Shown in pieces: positions 13,871 through 24,127 of a DNA stretch of 60,371 bases. The stretch is from NCBI GenBank assembly GCA_002633005.1, contig NMRA01000122.1:1-60371 (forward strand), in the 5' to 3' direction. The translations under genes and the position numbers were made by a program. The notes below the pieces were generated by a model. That model worked only from the letters and a program-made list of their open reading frames with translations, was not told the DNA's origin and did no database searches. Each line of letters starts with the position of its first letter. Positions within the stretch are counted from its first letter, which is position 1. Origin of the DNA: Phoronis australis (lineage: Eukaryota; Animalia; Phoronida).

Positions 13871-16800
13871 GTAAGTGACCGAGAACTGACATTTCCTGAC
13901 ATTAATAAATAAAATTTTATGAAATTATTCTCAAGTTGAGTGAATAAACTAAAAACTATTGAATGTTGTCAATTTAAATAAGGTTTATTGGCTAAACTAA
14001 TTCCACCTACCCGGTAGTTGTACAGTTCTTCATTCTAACACAAATAAAAGTTAAAAATGCACAAGCGACAAATGATTTTTGCGATCAGTAGCGCACTCAC
14101 CTTACGATAACGATCAACGTCTAGTCGTGTCAATAACCCTCAAATCCAACACCAGAATGTTAAAATCATTATTCTGACCTCACTGAAGTTATGATTATCA
14201 AATGTTGCTTTATTGTCGACTTTCGTCTACGTCACCGCGAGAACTCAAAGTTAATTAAAACTCAGCCCAATGACATAGATATCGTATTTGAAGTGGTCTG
14301 AGATTGAAACAGCTACGAACAACATCCACTAACATCAGTGCTCTAGCATACTGTGGCAGGCTTACCCTCAGCAGATAGAGTGGAATTCCGTGACTGGCTG
14401 TTGTTAACACGTACGGCTTTTACACGTTAACGCGAATAGGCTTGATTCGTTAACACAATCTATTTCGTAACTGTTTAATGTGCTGCGAAGATGACTATTC
14501 GCGTCACGATGTAAACCGACCAAGGCTGGTTGGTCACAAAGTCCAAAAACGGGTTGATTGTTTAGACTTTTACAGATGCGAACTAGATAGGATAACTTTA
14601 CCCTTTCACTTATTATGTAAGAATGTTATTCAGAAGCAGACAGAAATAGTGGAACCGATAACTGTTGCTGTCTTGTAGACATACTCTCGTGATGAAGCTT
14701 ATAAAAATAATGCAAGAAGAAATGGCCTCAGAGAAGAACCATATGACTGTGTAATACTGAGTTGTTGTTCCTTGTTGTTTGTATATAGCAGTAGTGGCTA
14801 AAATCAGCCATTAAATTCAAGATCAGCCAAATCAATGATAGTGAATTAGCATTCAAACAGACAATTGCTATGCATTCTAAACACATCCCTGTTTGTTGGA
14901 TATTTACCAGGGCATCATTTTTTATGTTTGGTACAAAATGAGGAAATAGCCAAACACGTTGAAAACAGTCTCTGAAACTGTTCACGCATAAATGAAAAGG
15001 CCAAGTTGCCGTGTGTGAGTAAGGATGTGTGCAAGTCTATCAACTCTTTATTGGACTCTGTGACATACCAACGTTGAACGCGCTACATCGTGACGTGAGC
15101 ATTCATCTTTCCAGCACATTAACCCGTTACGAAATAGATTAACGTGTTAACGTCAAGCCTACACGCGTTAATGTCTAAAACTCCTACGCGTGAACACCGG
15201 ATAGGTTTGTAATCCAATAACATAGTTCTATAGTTGGTACCATCGTCGATTATTCAAAGCAACTGCTATCAGCCGTTCTTTGTTTGCTGTTTTCCCCGCG
15301 GTGACGCAATATACCGCANCTGGGCTTTGCGGAAAGCCTTCCCAAGTGATCTTAGTTCAGTTCGTATCTCCTTGATGCGCCGTTCTCGTCTGTTGCCTTT
15401 TGGAACTTCCTGCCGTGGTGCTCTCGTACGCTCTTCCTGTGTACCAAACCGCTCTAAAGCCACGTTGTAAATGATTGTGGTGAAACTCTCGATCTTCTTT
15501 TCTACGCTGCCCATCAAAGTTGTCTTCATGATGTTGTGCACATCCCCATCAAAAGCCTTCCATGCTGATTCTTCCGTCATCTTTGGCCATTTCACTCTCT
15601 TCCTTCTTGGGCGTGGTGGAGGTCTGCCTTGCCCTGACGTGTCCTCTTCCAGGAACACAGGGTCGTTATCTGAAGGCTCATCGGCTTGGAGACTCCCAGC
15701 CCTGTGGGGTTCATCCTGTCTGGGTACCTCCAACGTCTCACCAGAGGGATCCTCTGCGCGAATGCAAAAAGAAATGGCCTCAGAGAAGAACCTTATGACT
15801 GTGTAATACTGAGTTGTTGTTCCTTGTTGTTTGTATATAGCAGTAGTGGCTAAAACCAGCCATTAAATTCAAGATCAACCAAATCAATGATAGTGAATTA
15901 ACATTCAAACAGACAATTGCTATGCATTCTAAGCACATCCCTGTTTGTTGGATATTTACCAGGGCATCATTTTTTATGTTTGGTACAAAATGAGGAAATA
16001 GCCAAACACGTTGAAAACAGTCTCTGAAACTGTTTACGCATAAATGAAAAGGCCAAGTTGCCGTGAGTGAGTAAGGATGTGTGCAAGTCTATCAACTCGT
16101 TATTGGACTCTGTGACATACCAACGTTGAACGCGCTACATCGTGACGTGAGCATTCATCTTTCCAGCACATTAACCCGTTACGAAATAGATTAACGTGTT
16201 AACGTCAAGCCTCAGTACACGCGTTAATGTGTAAAACTCCTACGCGTGAACACCGGATAGGTTTGTAATCCAATAACATAGTTCTATAGTTGGTACCATC
16301 GTCGATTGTTCAAAGCAACATACTGCTATCAGCCGTTCTTTGTTTGCTGTTTTCCCCGCGGTGACGCAATATACCGCAAATAGCTATTTGACATTCCTGC
16401 GTTAAATCATGTTTCCTTAATTGTTAGTAAAGCACAGCTAGAACTACTTGGAAAGTGAAATACACCTGGAACCACAAAAATCCGTTTTGGGAAGGCTTTA
16501 AGACAATTAAGCAAAACTAAATTCACTTTATCAGTCCACTGTCTTAGGAATCCCCCATCAAATCGGTCTGTGGTCATTTGGTTTTGCCCATGGATTCACC
16601 GATCTCTCCGGCAATGGCAACGACGCCACACTGACAAACGATGGGGCACGCATAACATCGGACGGACCGTACAGTGACGGGGGTCTCAGTCTGAGACCTG
16701 TGGGTAAATCTGCAGCGCCTGTGGCGGTGGACAACAGCAACGGTAAGCTTAGTTCTTGAACGTACTCAGAATGAGAACAGTAGACATAAAAACAGCGAAG

Positions 16801-19800
16801 AAGACGAAGACGATGACTGCAATAACCATGACGACCAGAGGATTATAATGACTGTGAAAGTAGACAGGTGACCAGGTTCTCTGGTCACCAGAGAACGGGC
16901 ACAGGGAGACTAACCGTTCACTAAAGTGCTCATTTGAGGTCCTGAGAAAACAATTCAAAATGCTATGACAAATATTATCTCTCAAGTAAACGTCTTCTGT
17001 GAACGTAGGATTTACAAACGAATACTTTATTTCAACGCATAATCATGGTAGACTACACACACAATTTTAATTCTTATTTGAGCTGTTATATTCACAGGAA
17101 AACTTAACGTTGTTGATTTCACCCTTGGCATGTGGGTGAAAGTAGAGAATTGCAGTTCTGGTACGATGCTAAGGCTTGGAGAAGGAGGTGATTATGGGTT
17201 TAGTATAACAGTTGACCCAAAGTGTGCGCTGAAGGTTGAAATATTTAACGATACATCACCGACCTCCACAACCGATATACCAACTTCGTCAACGGAAGGA
17301 TCTGGTGAGATGATGTTCGCTGAAGCTGCCAGTACGGCTACAGTGACAGAGGGCCTCGGTGAAAACAAAGAATCGCCTGCAACATTTTCATCGGCGTCTA
17401 TTGCTGAGAATCGCACGGAGAGGTCTGGTTATCTATCTAATTTTACCGTTGAACAGGCAACGACGGCTATCAAGGAGGGACCTACAACCATGATATCTAC
17501 TGAGGCAACTAACGGACCAAGTGAACTTCTAGAAACACATTCCACAACTGACGGTCGCAGCGCTGAATACATCAATGAAGAATGGAGATTGTCGACAAAC
17601 ATGTTTGAAAACCGAGACTACTTCACAGTGGCAACAACAGGTTAGTTCAGTCAGACTATTGCAGACTAGCTTAAGTATTGAGGGCGATTTCCTCTACAAA
17701 TTCTATACTGCCGACGGTTGCCACAGATTCTTCCAGTCGCCATTAGTTTCCTCTTACACCTTCCCAGGTCACTAATGCTACATTGCGTCCTCGTTGCAAA
17801 TTGTCTCAAAATTCAGTAGTTTTGTGCTATCTGGTAGGAATGCCAATCCCCCCATTACACTACAAATTAGAAAATTTGACACCAGGTGAGGCGACTGTCA
17901 CCCTAGTGGGTTACCCATGCTATTGCGAAAGAACTGTAAAATTGAAGTCATAGTGATAGTGATAGCAGACTAGTCATTTTGGATACATAGTGAATTATAG
18001 TAGTCAGCAATAGTGGAAACAGAAGAAGTAATAATATCTAACATTAGCAGTACTTGAGCAGTAGCCGAAGTAAAGTTAGAATTGTTTTGCAGGTCTATAT
18101 TTTGTAGCAAAAGCAAAAGCTGGGTCGCGGTCCTGCGACGGCCCTCTTGGACAGCAGTGTTTGCACTTAAGAGAGAGGGCACTTGAATTCTAAACGTCAC
18201 AAATGAATGAAAATACGTAGGTCTAACAGTAGCTGTAGTAGTAGCGAAAGTCGTGAGTGCTTTAGGAATTGCAGTAACAGCAGCACAAACATTGGACCTA
18301 CAATTCCATTGCAGATATTGTATTGTTACTAGAAGCAAAAGGACCCTAGTAAAATTAGTCACTAGTCATGTTGTATTTTTCAGATCACGCGGTTTCTCCC
18401 GGCAAATGGCATTGGGTGGCTGTGACTTACAACTGCAGTAGTGGTCTAATTAACATACTGGTAGATCAGTCGACCATTGAAACGTTCGCTACTGTCAACG
18501 TTACAGGTAAGGTAAAAAATGGCAATGCCCTGTATAGTGAAATGTTCTTACATGAAAATGGAGCTTTCTTTAAGGTACCAATCATGATGGTCATTCTTTA
18601 TTTTCCCACATGACCTGGAATGTGTAACGATTCGAATGGTGAATAACACCGAATACGTATTTTTTTGATATTACAAGAGCGAATCACAAAGTAGTGCAAT
18701 TTATCGTCTGCAAAACACCAACACTAACAACCAAACGTGCGCCAACCACACAATGCCGGAATTCCGTGAAGGTGACAAGGTTATGATTGACAAATCGAGT
18801 GTCGCAACTGTACGTACTCCCAGTTGGAAAGACATGCAAACGAAGTCTTAAACGGACCCATCTTCGGCGCCGAATTCCGTATCCACATTCGTTCAAACGG
18901 ATACGAACCCCAACTCAAGAAACGTGGTGATGTCTAGCTGTGATGTCTCAAGGTCAATTCAGTGCTCACGCGCTGGGAAGCCTTGTTGACTTTTATTTCT
19001 AAACATTTACAACTTTATATACTATCTATTGGGAAATATGTAAACAATTTACAATCTTTAAGTTTAAAATAAAACTATTACCAAAAGTCACGATTTTACT
19101 TTACATTGGACAAGCGTATTTTTACAAAAGTTGCGTCATGTGTTTGAAAGTTTTAGACACATTGAGTTTTTCGGCAAAAAGATAGTTTTACGGTTCATGT
19201 GAGAAAACAGACCCTACGCTCGTCTCAGGTTCATGACATGGGTAAGGCCTCTTGAAAATTTCGTCAAAGTGACTCGTGTAGGATTCTCTATTTCAATGGT
19301 TTAAAATCTTGTCTGTTATTTTTTAGGAAATTCTTAATTGCCACTCTAGAATTCCTTACACATCGATTCAATTGTGTAGTGACCTCTTAAAACCGTCTCG
19401 AACACACCTTTCAGTCCGCTGTTTCTCCGGCCATCTTCAGGTACTGCAGGGTCTTGGATAAACATCATGATGCGCATGTGTGTATGTGTGTGTGTGCATG
19501 CGTATGTAGCCTACGTGTGTGTGGTACACTCAAGGTGATCAATGATGAACACTTCCGGGAAATTGTACATATTTATCCATTTAGCCATCCATCTATCCAC
19601 CTATCCATCCATACAATAACGATAGATTGTAGAACTGAGAACACAATTATGTCAAAGTTTTATTTAGCAGTCAGCGAGTCTCACATTCTGTTACCAGTTT
19701 TTGCCAATCTCTTACTTGTACCCCGTTTCCTTTAAGAACACAGTGATACTCGTCACTGCTGTAACTGATCCAATTTATTTCAAAGAACCCAAAATCAATG

Positions 19801-22800
19801 ACACTTATCGAAATTGAGGAACATTCGTTTTACAGGACGCGTTATGTGGGCACCCAATACACCCTTGAATGTAGGATGCGGATCTCACGGTTACGAATGT
19901 TTCCAAGGCGACATTGCCTGTCTACAGATCTGGGACTTTGTATTGGATTCGACCAGCATTGTTGAAGCTAAAACACAGTGTTCCCGATATGGAAGTAAGC
20001 GCTTGCTTGTTTTGAAGCTTCACATCAACTAATAGAAAAGTGTTTTTCAACTGTACTTTACCGAGAGCTAAATACGGCGACCGGTCTGTTTATCATATTT
20101 GTTGCGAGTGGCGTTCTAACTCAACGTTTTCGTGAGTCTTAATTTCAACAATATTTGGACTTCCATAGTTTTAGTAGTCCCCGTTTTCGTTAGTTACAGG
20201 AAGTTTCCAAAAATTCCTTACACACTGCTTTTGAGCGACACAAAGTAACAATCAATCCATATACATGGCCACGAGAAATAATATATTGTAAGACCGCTTG
20301 CTGGTAAGACACCTTAGTCACTGTTGAAAATCAACTGACAGCTCGTTTACCAGGCGAGCGACGTTTTCATCGATACGTGAAGATTGCTGGAACATTAAAT
20401 GTCAAAAATCATAGTCAGGGACCTGTTTCACGAGAATTGACGTAGGACTGACGTCAGAAATTTGGTTTTAGCTCTCACCTCACAAATAGTGAATAACGGT
20501 TCAGTTACGTAAGCACACCACAGCGTAGACATGACCTGTGTATTTATCTCAATAATAATCAGTTATGGCCATATCATCCGAGACTTAGTGATTTTGCTCT
20601 AGTAAGATTTGACTATTTTTCAAGCGTAAGACCAAATTTCTGACCAAAGCCTCCAGTCTCGAGACGGCCCTGGATTCAATAAGCGTTGAATGCCTTGTAG
20701 AACCTGACCTAAATCTGTTGGACGCGCCTCCATCAAGGAAACCAACACTCGAGATTTATTCCGAACGGTACGACATTAGCAAGTGTTTGAAGGCAACTGC
20801 TGCGGACCTGGTGAGAATTAATTTCAGAAAATAGCACTGCTGCTCACTAGTTTAGCAATGGGAAAAAACTAACTAATCGATTATGCAGGAGCTTGAAAAA
20901 AACGAACCTTCTAATGAAGTTTTGAAAATCACATCGTTGACAAGTGTACAAGACGGAAACTGAAGCTCTAGTCATACGACTTACATTTTTGGATTATTTT
21001 CATGTACCAGACGGCCCTCATGATTCTCGTTTTGTTATTGTTGCTTAAATTGTGTACCTATAATAGAAACGTTTATGGTTGAGAGTACTTCGTAACGATT
21101 TTTTCTCGTAAAATTGTTTCAGATTACTTAAAAACTTAAATGTGATAAATTTTCATGATAAATGCTCCCGGTTTCGGAGTATCTTTGTGCTTTATGGTGC
21201 CAGGTACAATTAAATTTGTCTGGTTTCAAATTATGGCGTTTTGAATATTCTTATAACACCAAATTTCGTTGAAAGCACGACTGAACTTTTTGTTTGAGAG
21301 CTTAATACAGACTCGTTCGTAGTGTCGAAACAATCTCCTTTCTTCTGGGTTGTAGAAAGGAGATTGTTTTGACACTACGAGCGAGTCTGTATTAAGCTGT
21401 CAAACAAAAAGTCTAGTCGAGATCTGTGTTAACGAAGGGCTGATACCGCGCTCGGCTACATCACAATCAAGGTTCATATTCGAGAGTTGACTGTTACGGT
21501 TTAAAATAAATTTTTTGGTCACTTACGAAAAGGCGAAGACAACCTTTTTCCATGTCATTTTGACCTAAAATAAGGCTGGTTGGTTATCCTAGACATATTT
21601 TCCACTTAATTACAGCTTTTCGTAATTTTATTAATTACTCGTCCGCTACTCCGGAAGTGACGTTTTAGGAGGCAAGCGTTTCCCGCCACTTGGTTTTGCG
21701 TTGACTTTACCGTGCGAATATGTTCTATTCTACTTTTGTTTTGGGCTGTTTTTCAACAATTGTCGCCATCACTTTCCATCGGCGAGTATTCTGCGGCAAG
21801 ATAGGTTAGTAGAGAACTCAACTACGTTGGATTTAGGGATTGTTTAGTGTGTTGTAAGCTGAAAATGGCTGGAGTCGGTGACCCGTATCACAGTGACAGT
21901 AGTGTGAGTGACGGAGACCTTGTTCACAGCAGTGGTGACGAGGAATTTTTTCACGGACATTCAGTGGGTGGGTACATGTTTGAGCCCGAGTATAACGAGG
22001 CAGAGTACGCACAGGCACAGGCAGCTGTTGAGAGAAACGAGGCGGCTACTGAGGACAGACGTGGTGACACATCTTGGTGCAAATGCACTGTGTGCGTTGT
22101 TATGCCTACCTCAATGGAATGCTTGTGCTGTTCAGAGTTCGATGAGGCCAAGCCACTACTGGACACGGTTAAGTGGACCTCCGGCATACCACGGACAGAG
22201 GAACAACTGTCCCACTTGCCAGAGTGTCCCGCGACACACTCCCACTGGATGGTGACCTGAGCACCCAAACTGCTTACATCGTGTCGTGTGACTCCCTCGC
22301 CACACACCTGGCACCTTCTAAATAGCTCCAACACTTTAGACAAGTCCACAATAAACTTATCAAAGTTTGGCTCACCGATCTGTTCACTGGACGACGAACT
22401 GTCCTCTTCACTGGGTGTCGAACTGAGCCTGTAATCACTCCCACTACTCAATATCGCTGCAGGGCTGCTTAGAGGCTCTGGGCTGGAGAAAACAGCACAG
22501 GGCGAATCACTACTGGTTCCAGGAATTGCACGCTCTGGGGTACGTTCGGAGGCACGGGTGACAGTAGATGAAGTGCCTCCACTGGCTCCAGTCACTGTAC
22601 TGGCCACAGCTCGCGAGGCTTCTCGCTTCAAAAACGCACTTCTCGGGGGTGGCGACGGGGCACTGCCGGGAATCAACACAGACGGAATGGCATCCTTCTT
22701 CAGGCGTTGTTTCGCGGGGACCTTCATCAGTTCAGCGTACAAATCCCTTTCGTAATCGGACGGCAGAAAGTGCTTGCCACACATACGGTAATTCTCCACT

Positions 22801-23823
22801 GCTTTGTACGTTGCGTGGACGGGTAACGTTGCGTTCTTCACACGAACGAGCCAAGTACGGCGAAGTGTGTCATCCATCGGAAAGCGATGCAAAGGTACTC
22901 CCAAAGCGCGCGTGAGCCGATTATTAGTACATCCCGGTACACAGCAACAGTGTGGCATGTTGACTGACTAGTAAATGAAAGCAAACGACGACGGAACTTA
23001 ACACAACCGAGGTAGAACAATGACTGACTCGGCAGCTCTCACAGTCAGACTATATGAAAAGAAATGCTTGCCTCCTAAAACGTCACTTCCGGAGTAGCGG
23101 ACGAGTAATTAATAAAATTACGAAAAGGTGTAATTAAGTGGAAAATATGTCTAGGATAACCAACCAACCTTATTTTAGCTCAAAATGACATGGAAAATGG
23201 TTGCCTTCGCCTTTAAGTATGTGATATTACTTCCATTCGATCAAGAACTTATTAAATTAACAACTACCTAATGAATTTTTGCATGGTAGAAGTGGGTTGT
23301 GACCACAAGTTGAAGTGTACCTACCCTTTTATACAACACTGGTGCATTAGGCCAAAAAATTTTAATCGGTGGCTCTTGTGCAAAAATATTTTAGATTGCA
23401 AACCTGGAATGATGGTGCTTTAAAGTAACCCAGCTTTTACAGTTCTATGACAACCTTCATTTTTCACCAAATGTGGCCACCTTGATTGTAATTTGCCCGA
23501 CATACTTATAACACAAAAGTAAAAAAGCAATTGTTTTCATAAACAAAATGCCCACGTGGAATTTTCAGGTACAAAATCCTCAGAGACGAATGTACGATGA
23601 CATCTTTGTGTCCTTTTTCACTGTTTTTTACTTCTAGACGCCACAAGCCACTTCTTCTTTAGATTGTACTGGCAGATGCATGGCACTGGGCGGGAAAACA
23701 AGCAGTTACTTAGCAACCAAGCAAGAGTGTCGGTGTTCATTGCAAGACAGGATCACTGTGCAGTCGAATGAAGAGTTTTTCTTTGAATATTCCGACGACG
23801 GAGTAACGTTCTTAGGGATGTAA
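13627..23823 (+). CDS. Secreted LamG/pentraxin-like (ConA-type jelly-roll) protein with mucin-like insert and C-terminal PAN/apple-like module; 7 exons, ~519 aa
   Basis: Exons 13627-13870, 16548-16742, 17098-17640, 18384-18506, 19836-19994, 20701-20810, 23638-23823. All introns GT-AG and phases join into one 1560-nt ORF. Motifs GLWSF..DLSGNGND, FTLGMWVK, WHWVAVTYN..G.INILVD, FQGDIACLQIWD. Confidence 0.8.
14402..15196. mobile_element. MITE-like element with ~110-bp imperfect TIRs
   Basis: 14402-14513 is the reverse complement of ~15085-15196. Confidence 0.65.
14709..16378. repeat. Near-identical ~610-bp duplication (14709-15318 vs 15761-16378) around N at 15319
   Basis: Copies differ only by scattered SNPs and small indels. 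Confidence 0.9.
15320..15760 (-). mobile_element. RLE-type non-LTR retrotransposon fragment (HERO/NeSL-like), 5'-truncated and cut by the N gap
   Basis: Open frame QDEPHRAGSLQ..RVKWP..WKAFDGDV..GSVEKKI..IIYNVALERFG..NRRERRIKEIRTELRSL, typical of the region upstream of the RT. Confidence 0.75.
16548..16742 (+). CDS. LamG-PAN gene exon 2
   Basis: cttag| IPHQIGLWSFGFAHGFTDLSGNGNDATL...DNSN |gtaagc. Confidence 0.85.
17098..17640 (+). CDS. LamG-PAN gene exon 3 (LamG strands + Ser/Thr-rich insert)
   Basis: cacag| KLNVVDFTLGMWVKVENC...YFTVATT |gttagt; overlaps ORF 17130..17645. Confidence 0.85.
18384..18506 (+). CDS. LamG-PAN gene exon 4
   Basis: ttcag| HAVSPGKWHWVAVTYNCSSGLINILVDQ... |gtaagg. 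Confidence 0.9.
19836..19994 (+). CDS. LamG-PAN gene exon 5
   Basis: tacag| RVMWAPNTPLNVGCG...FQGDIACLQIWDFVL...CSRYG |gtaagc. Confidence 0.9.
20701..20810 (+). CDS. LamG-PAN gene exon 6 (linker)
   Basis: tgtag| PDLNLLDAPPSRKPTLEIYSERYDISKCLKATAADL |gtgaga; best candidate bridging phase 1 to phase 0. Confidence 0.65.
21277..21420. mobile_element. Hairpin MITE (~65-bp arms); half copy at ~50997-51099
   Basis: ctttttgtttgagagcttaatacagactcg...ctcctttc / gaaaggag...cgagtctgtattaagctgtcaaacaaaaag. Confidence 0.8.
21865..22260 (+). CDS. KolX-like / P2X7 cytoplasmic-ballast-like Cys-rich ORF, truncated
   Basis: YMFEPE..RRGDTSWCKCTVCVVMPTSMECLCCSE pattern; after ~22170 it reads antisense transposase. 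Confidence 0.7.
   Translation: MAGVGDPYHSDSSVSDGDLVHSSGDEEFFHGHSVGGYMFEPEYNEAEYAQAQAAVERNEAATEDRRGDTSWCKCTVCVVMPTSMECLCCSEFDEAKPLLDTVKWTSGIPRTEEQLSHLPECPATHSHWMVT
21951..22958 (-). CDS. THAP-domain protein, truncated Kolobok transposase (no catalytic core)
   Basis: MPHCCCVPGC..HRFP..W..RMCGKHF..RLKKDAIPSV THAP signature, then CxxC..CxxGH..W; C-terminus runs into antisense KolX sequence. Confidence 0.8.
   Translation of the reverse strand: MPHCCCVPGCTNNRLTRALGVPLHRFPMDDTLRRTWLVRVKNATLPVHATYKAVENYRMCGKHFLPSDYERDLYAELMKVPAKQRLKKDAIPSVLIPGSAPSPPPRSAFLKREASRAVASTVTGASGGTSSTVTRASERTPERAIPGTSSDSPCAVFSSPEPLSSPAAILSSGSDYRLSSTPSEEDSSSSSEQIGEPNFDKFIVDLSKVLELFRRCQVCGEGVTRHDVSSLGAQVTIQWECVAGHSGKWDSCSSVRGMPEVHLTVSSSGLASSNSEQHKHSIEVGITTHTVHLHQDVSPRLSSVAASFLSTAACACAYSASLYSGSNMYPPTECP
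23638..23823 (+). CDS. LamG-PAN gene terminal exon (PAN/apple-like Cys pattern)
   Basis: tctag| TPQATSSLDCTGRCMALGGKTSSYLATKQECRCS...FLGM*; ATTAAA at 23952. Confidence 0.7.
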   Translation, partial: TPQATSSLDCTGRCMALGGKTSSYLATKQECRCSLQDRITVQSNEEFFFEYSDDGVTFLGM

Positions 23824-23951
23824 TGACGTTAATTGCTGCGTCATCGAGTGATAGTGCCATGGGCTCACTCAACTTGTCCATGAAGCAAAGTACTAAGGAC
23901 TGTTTCGACTCTCACCTGTGTTAGCATATTGCTAAAATAATGTCACAGACA

Positions 23952-23970
23952 ATTAAACATTTTATTTATT
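23952..23970. terminator. Adjacent opposing polyadenylation signals of the two convergent genes
   Basis: ATTAAA on + at 23952-23957; AATAAA on - at 23961-23970 (tttatttatt), between the two stop codons. Confidence 0.5.
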
Positions 23971-24085
23971 AGTATTCGCACTTTACATACAAGTGATGTA
24001 AACCACATTCTTCCGTTAAATTGGGACGTTCACGATTTTCTAAAGTTGCTCACCCCTGACATACAGAGTGACGAAGTCTTGCGTC

Positions 24086-24127
24086 TTACTGCTTGAACAA
24101 GAGCCAAAAGGTTACCATGGGACGATC
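24086..24127 (-). CDS. rGC terminal exon 22
   Basis: ttcag| [13 protein letters not shown], matching the M.TYWL end motif of rGCs. Confidence 0.85.
   Translation of the reverse strand, partial: DRPMVTFWLLFKQ

Larger units (their letters stand above)
21531..23212. mobile_element. Kolobok-type DNA transposon, internally deleted (THAP-transposase 5' part + KolX 5' part, convergent)
   Basis: ~150-bp TIRs (21531-21682 / 23061-23212) with AGGCG...CGCCT termini; TTAA on the right flank (left flank reads GAAA); convergent THAP and P2X7-ballast-like ORFs. Confidence 0.85.

Noticed and set aside
17970-18362. 130-aa minus-strand ORF
   Set aside because: Low-complexity decayed (AGT/AGC)n intronic sequence with no domain
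20167-20310. Alternative exon 6 candidates for the LamG gene
   Set aside because: Stops or phase mismatch with the terminal exon; 20701-20810 fits cleanly
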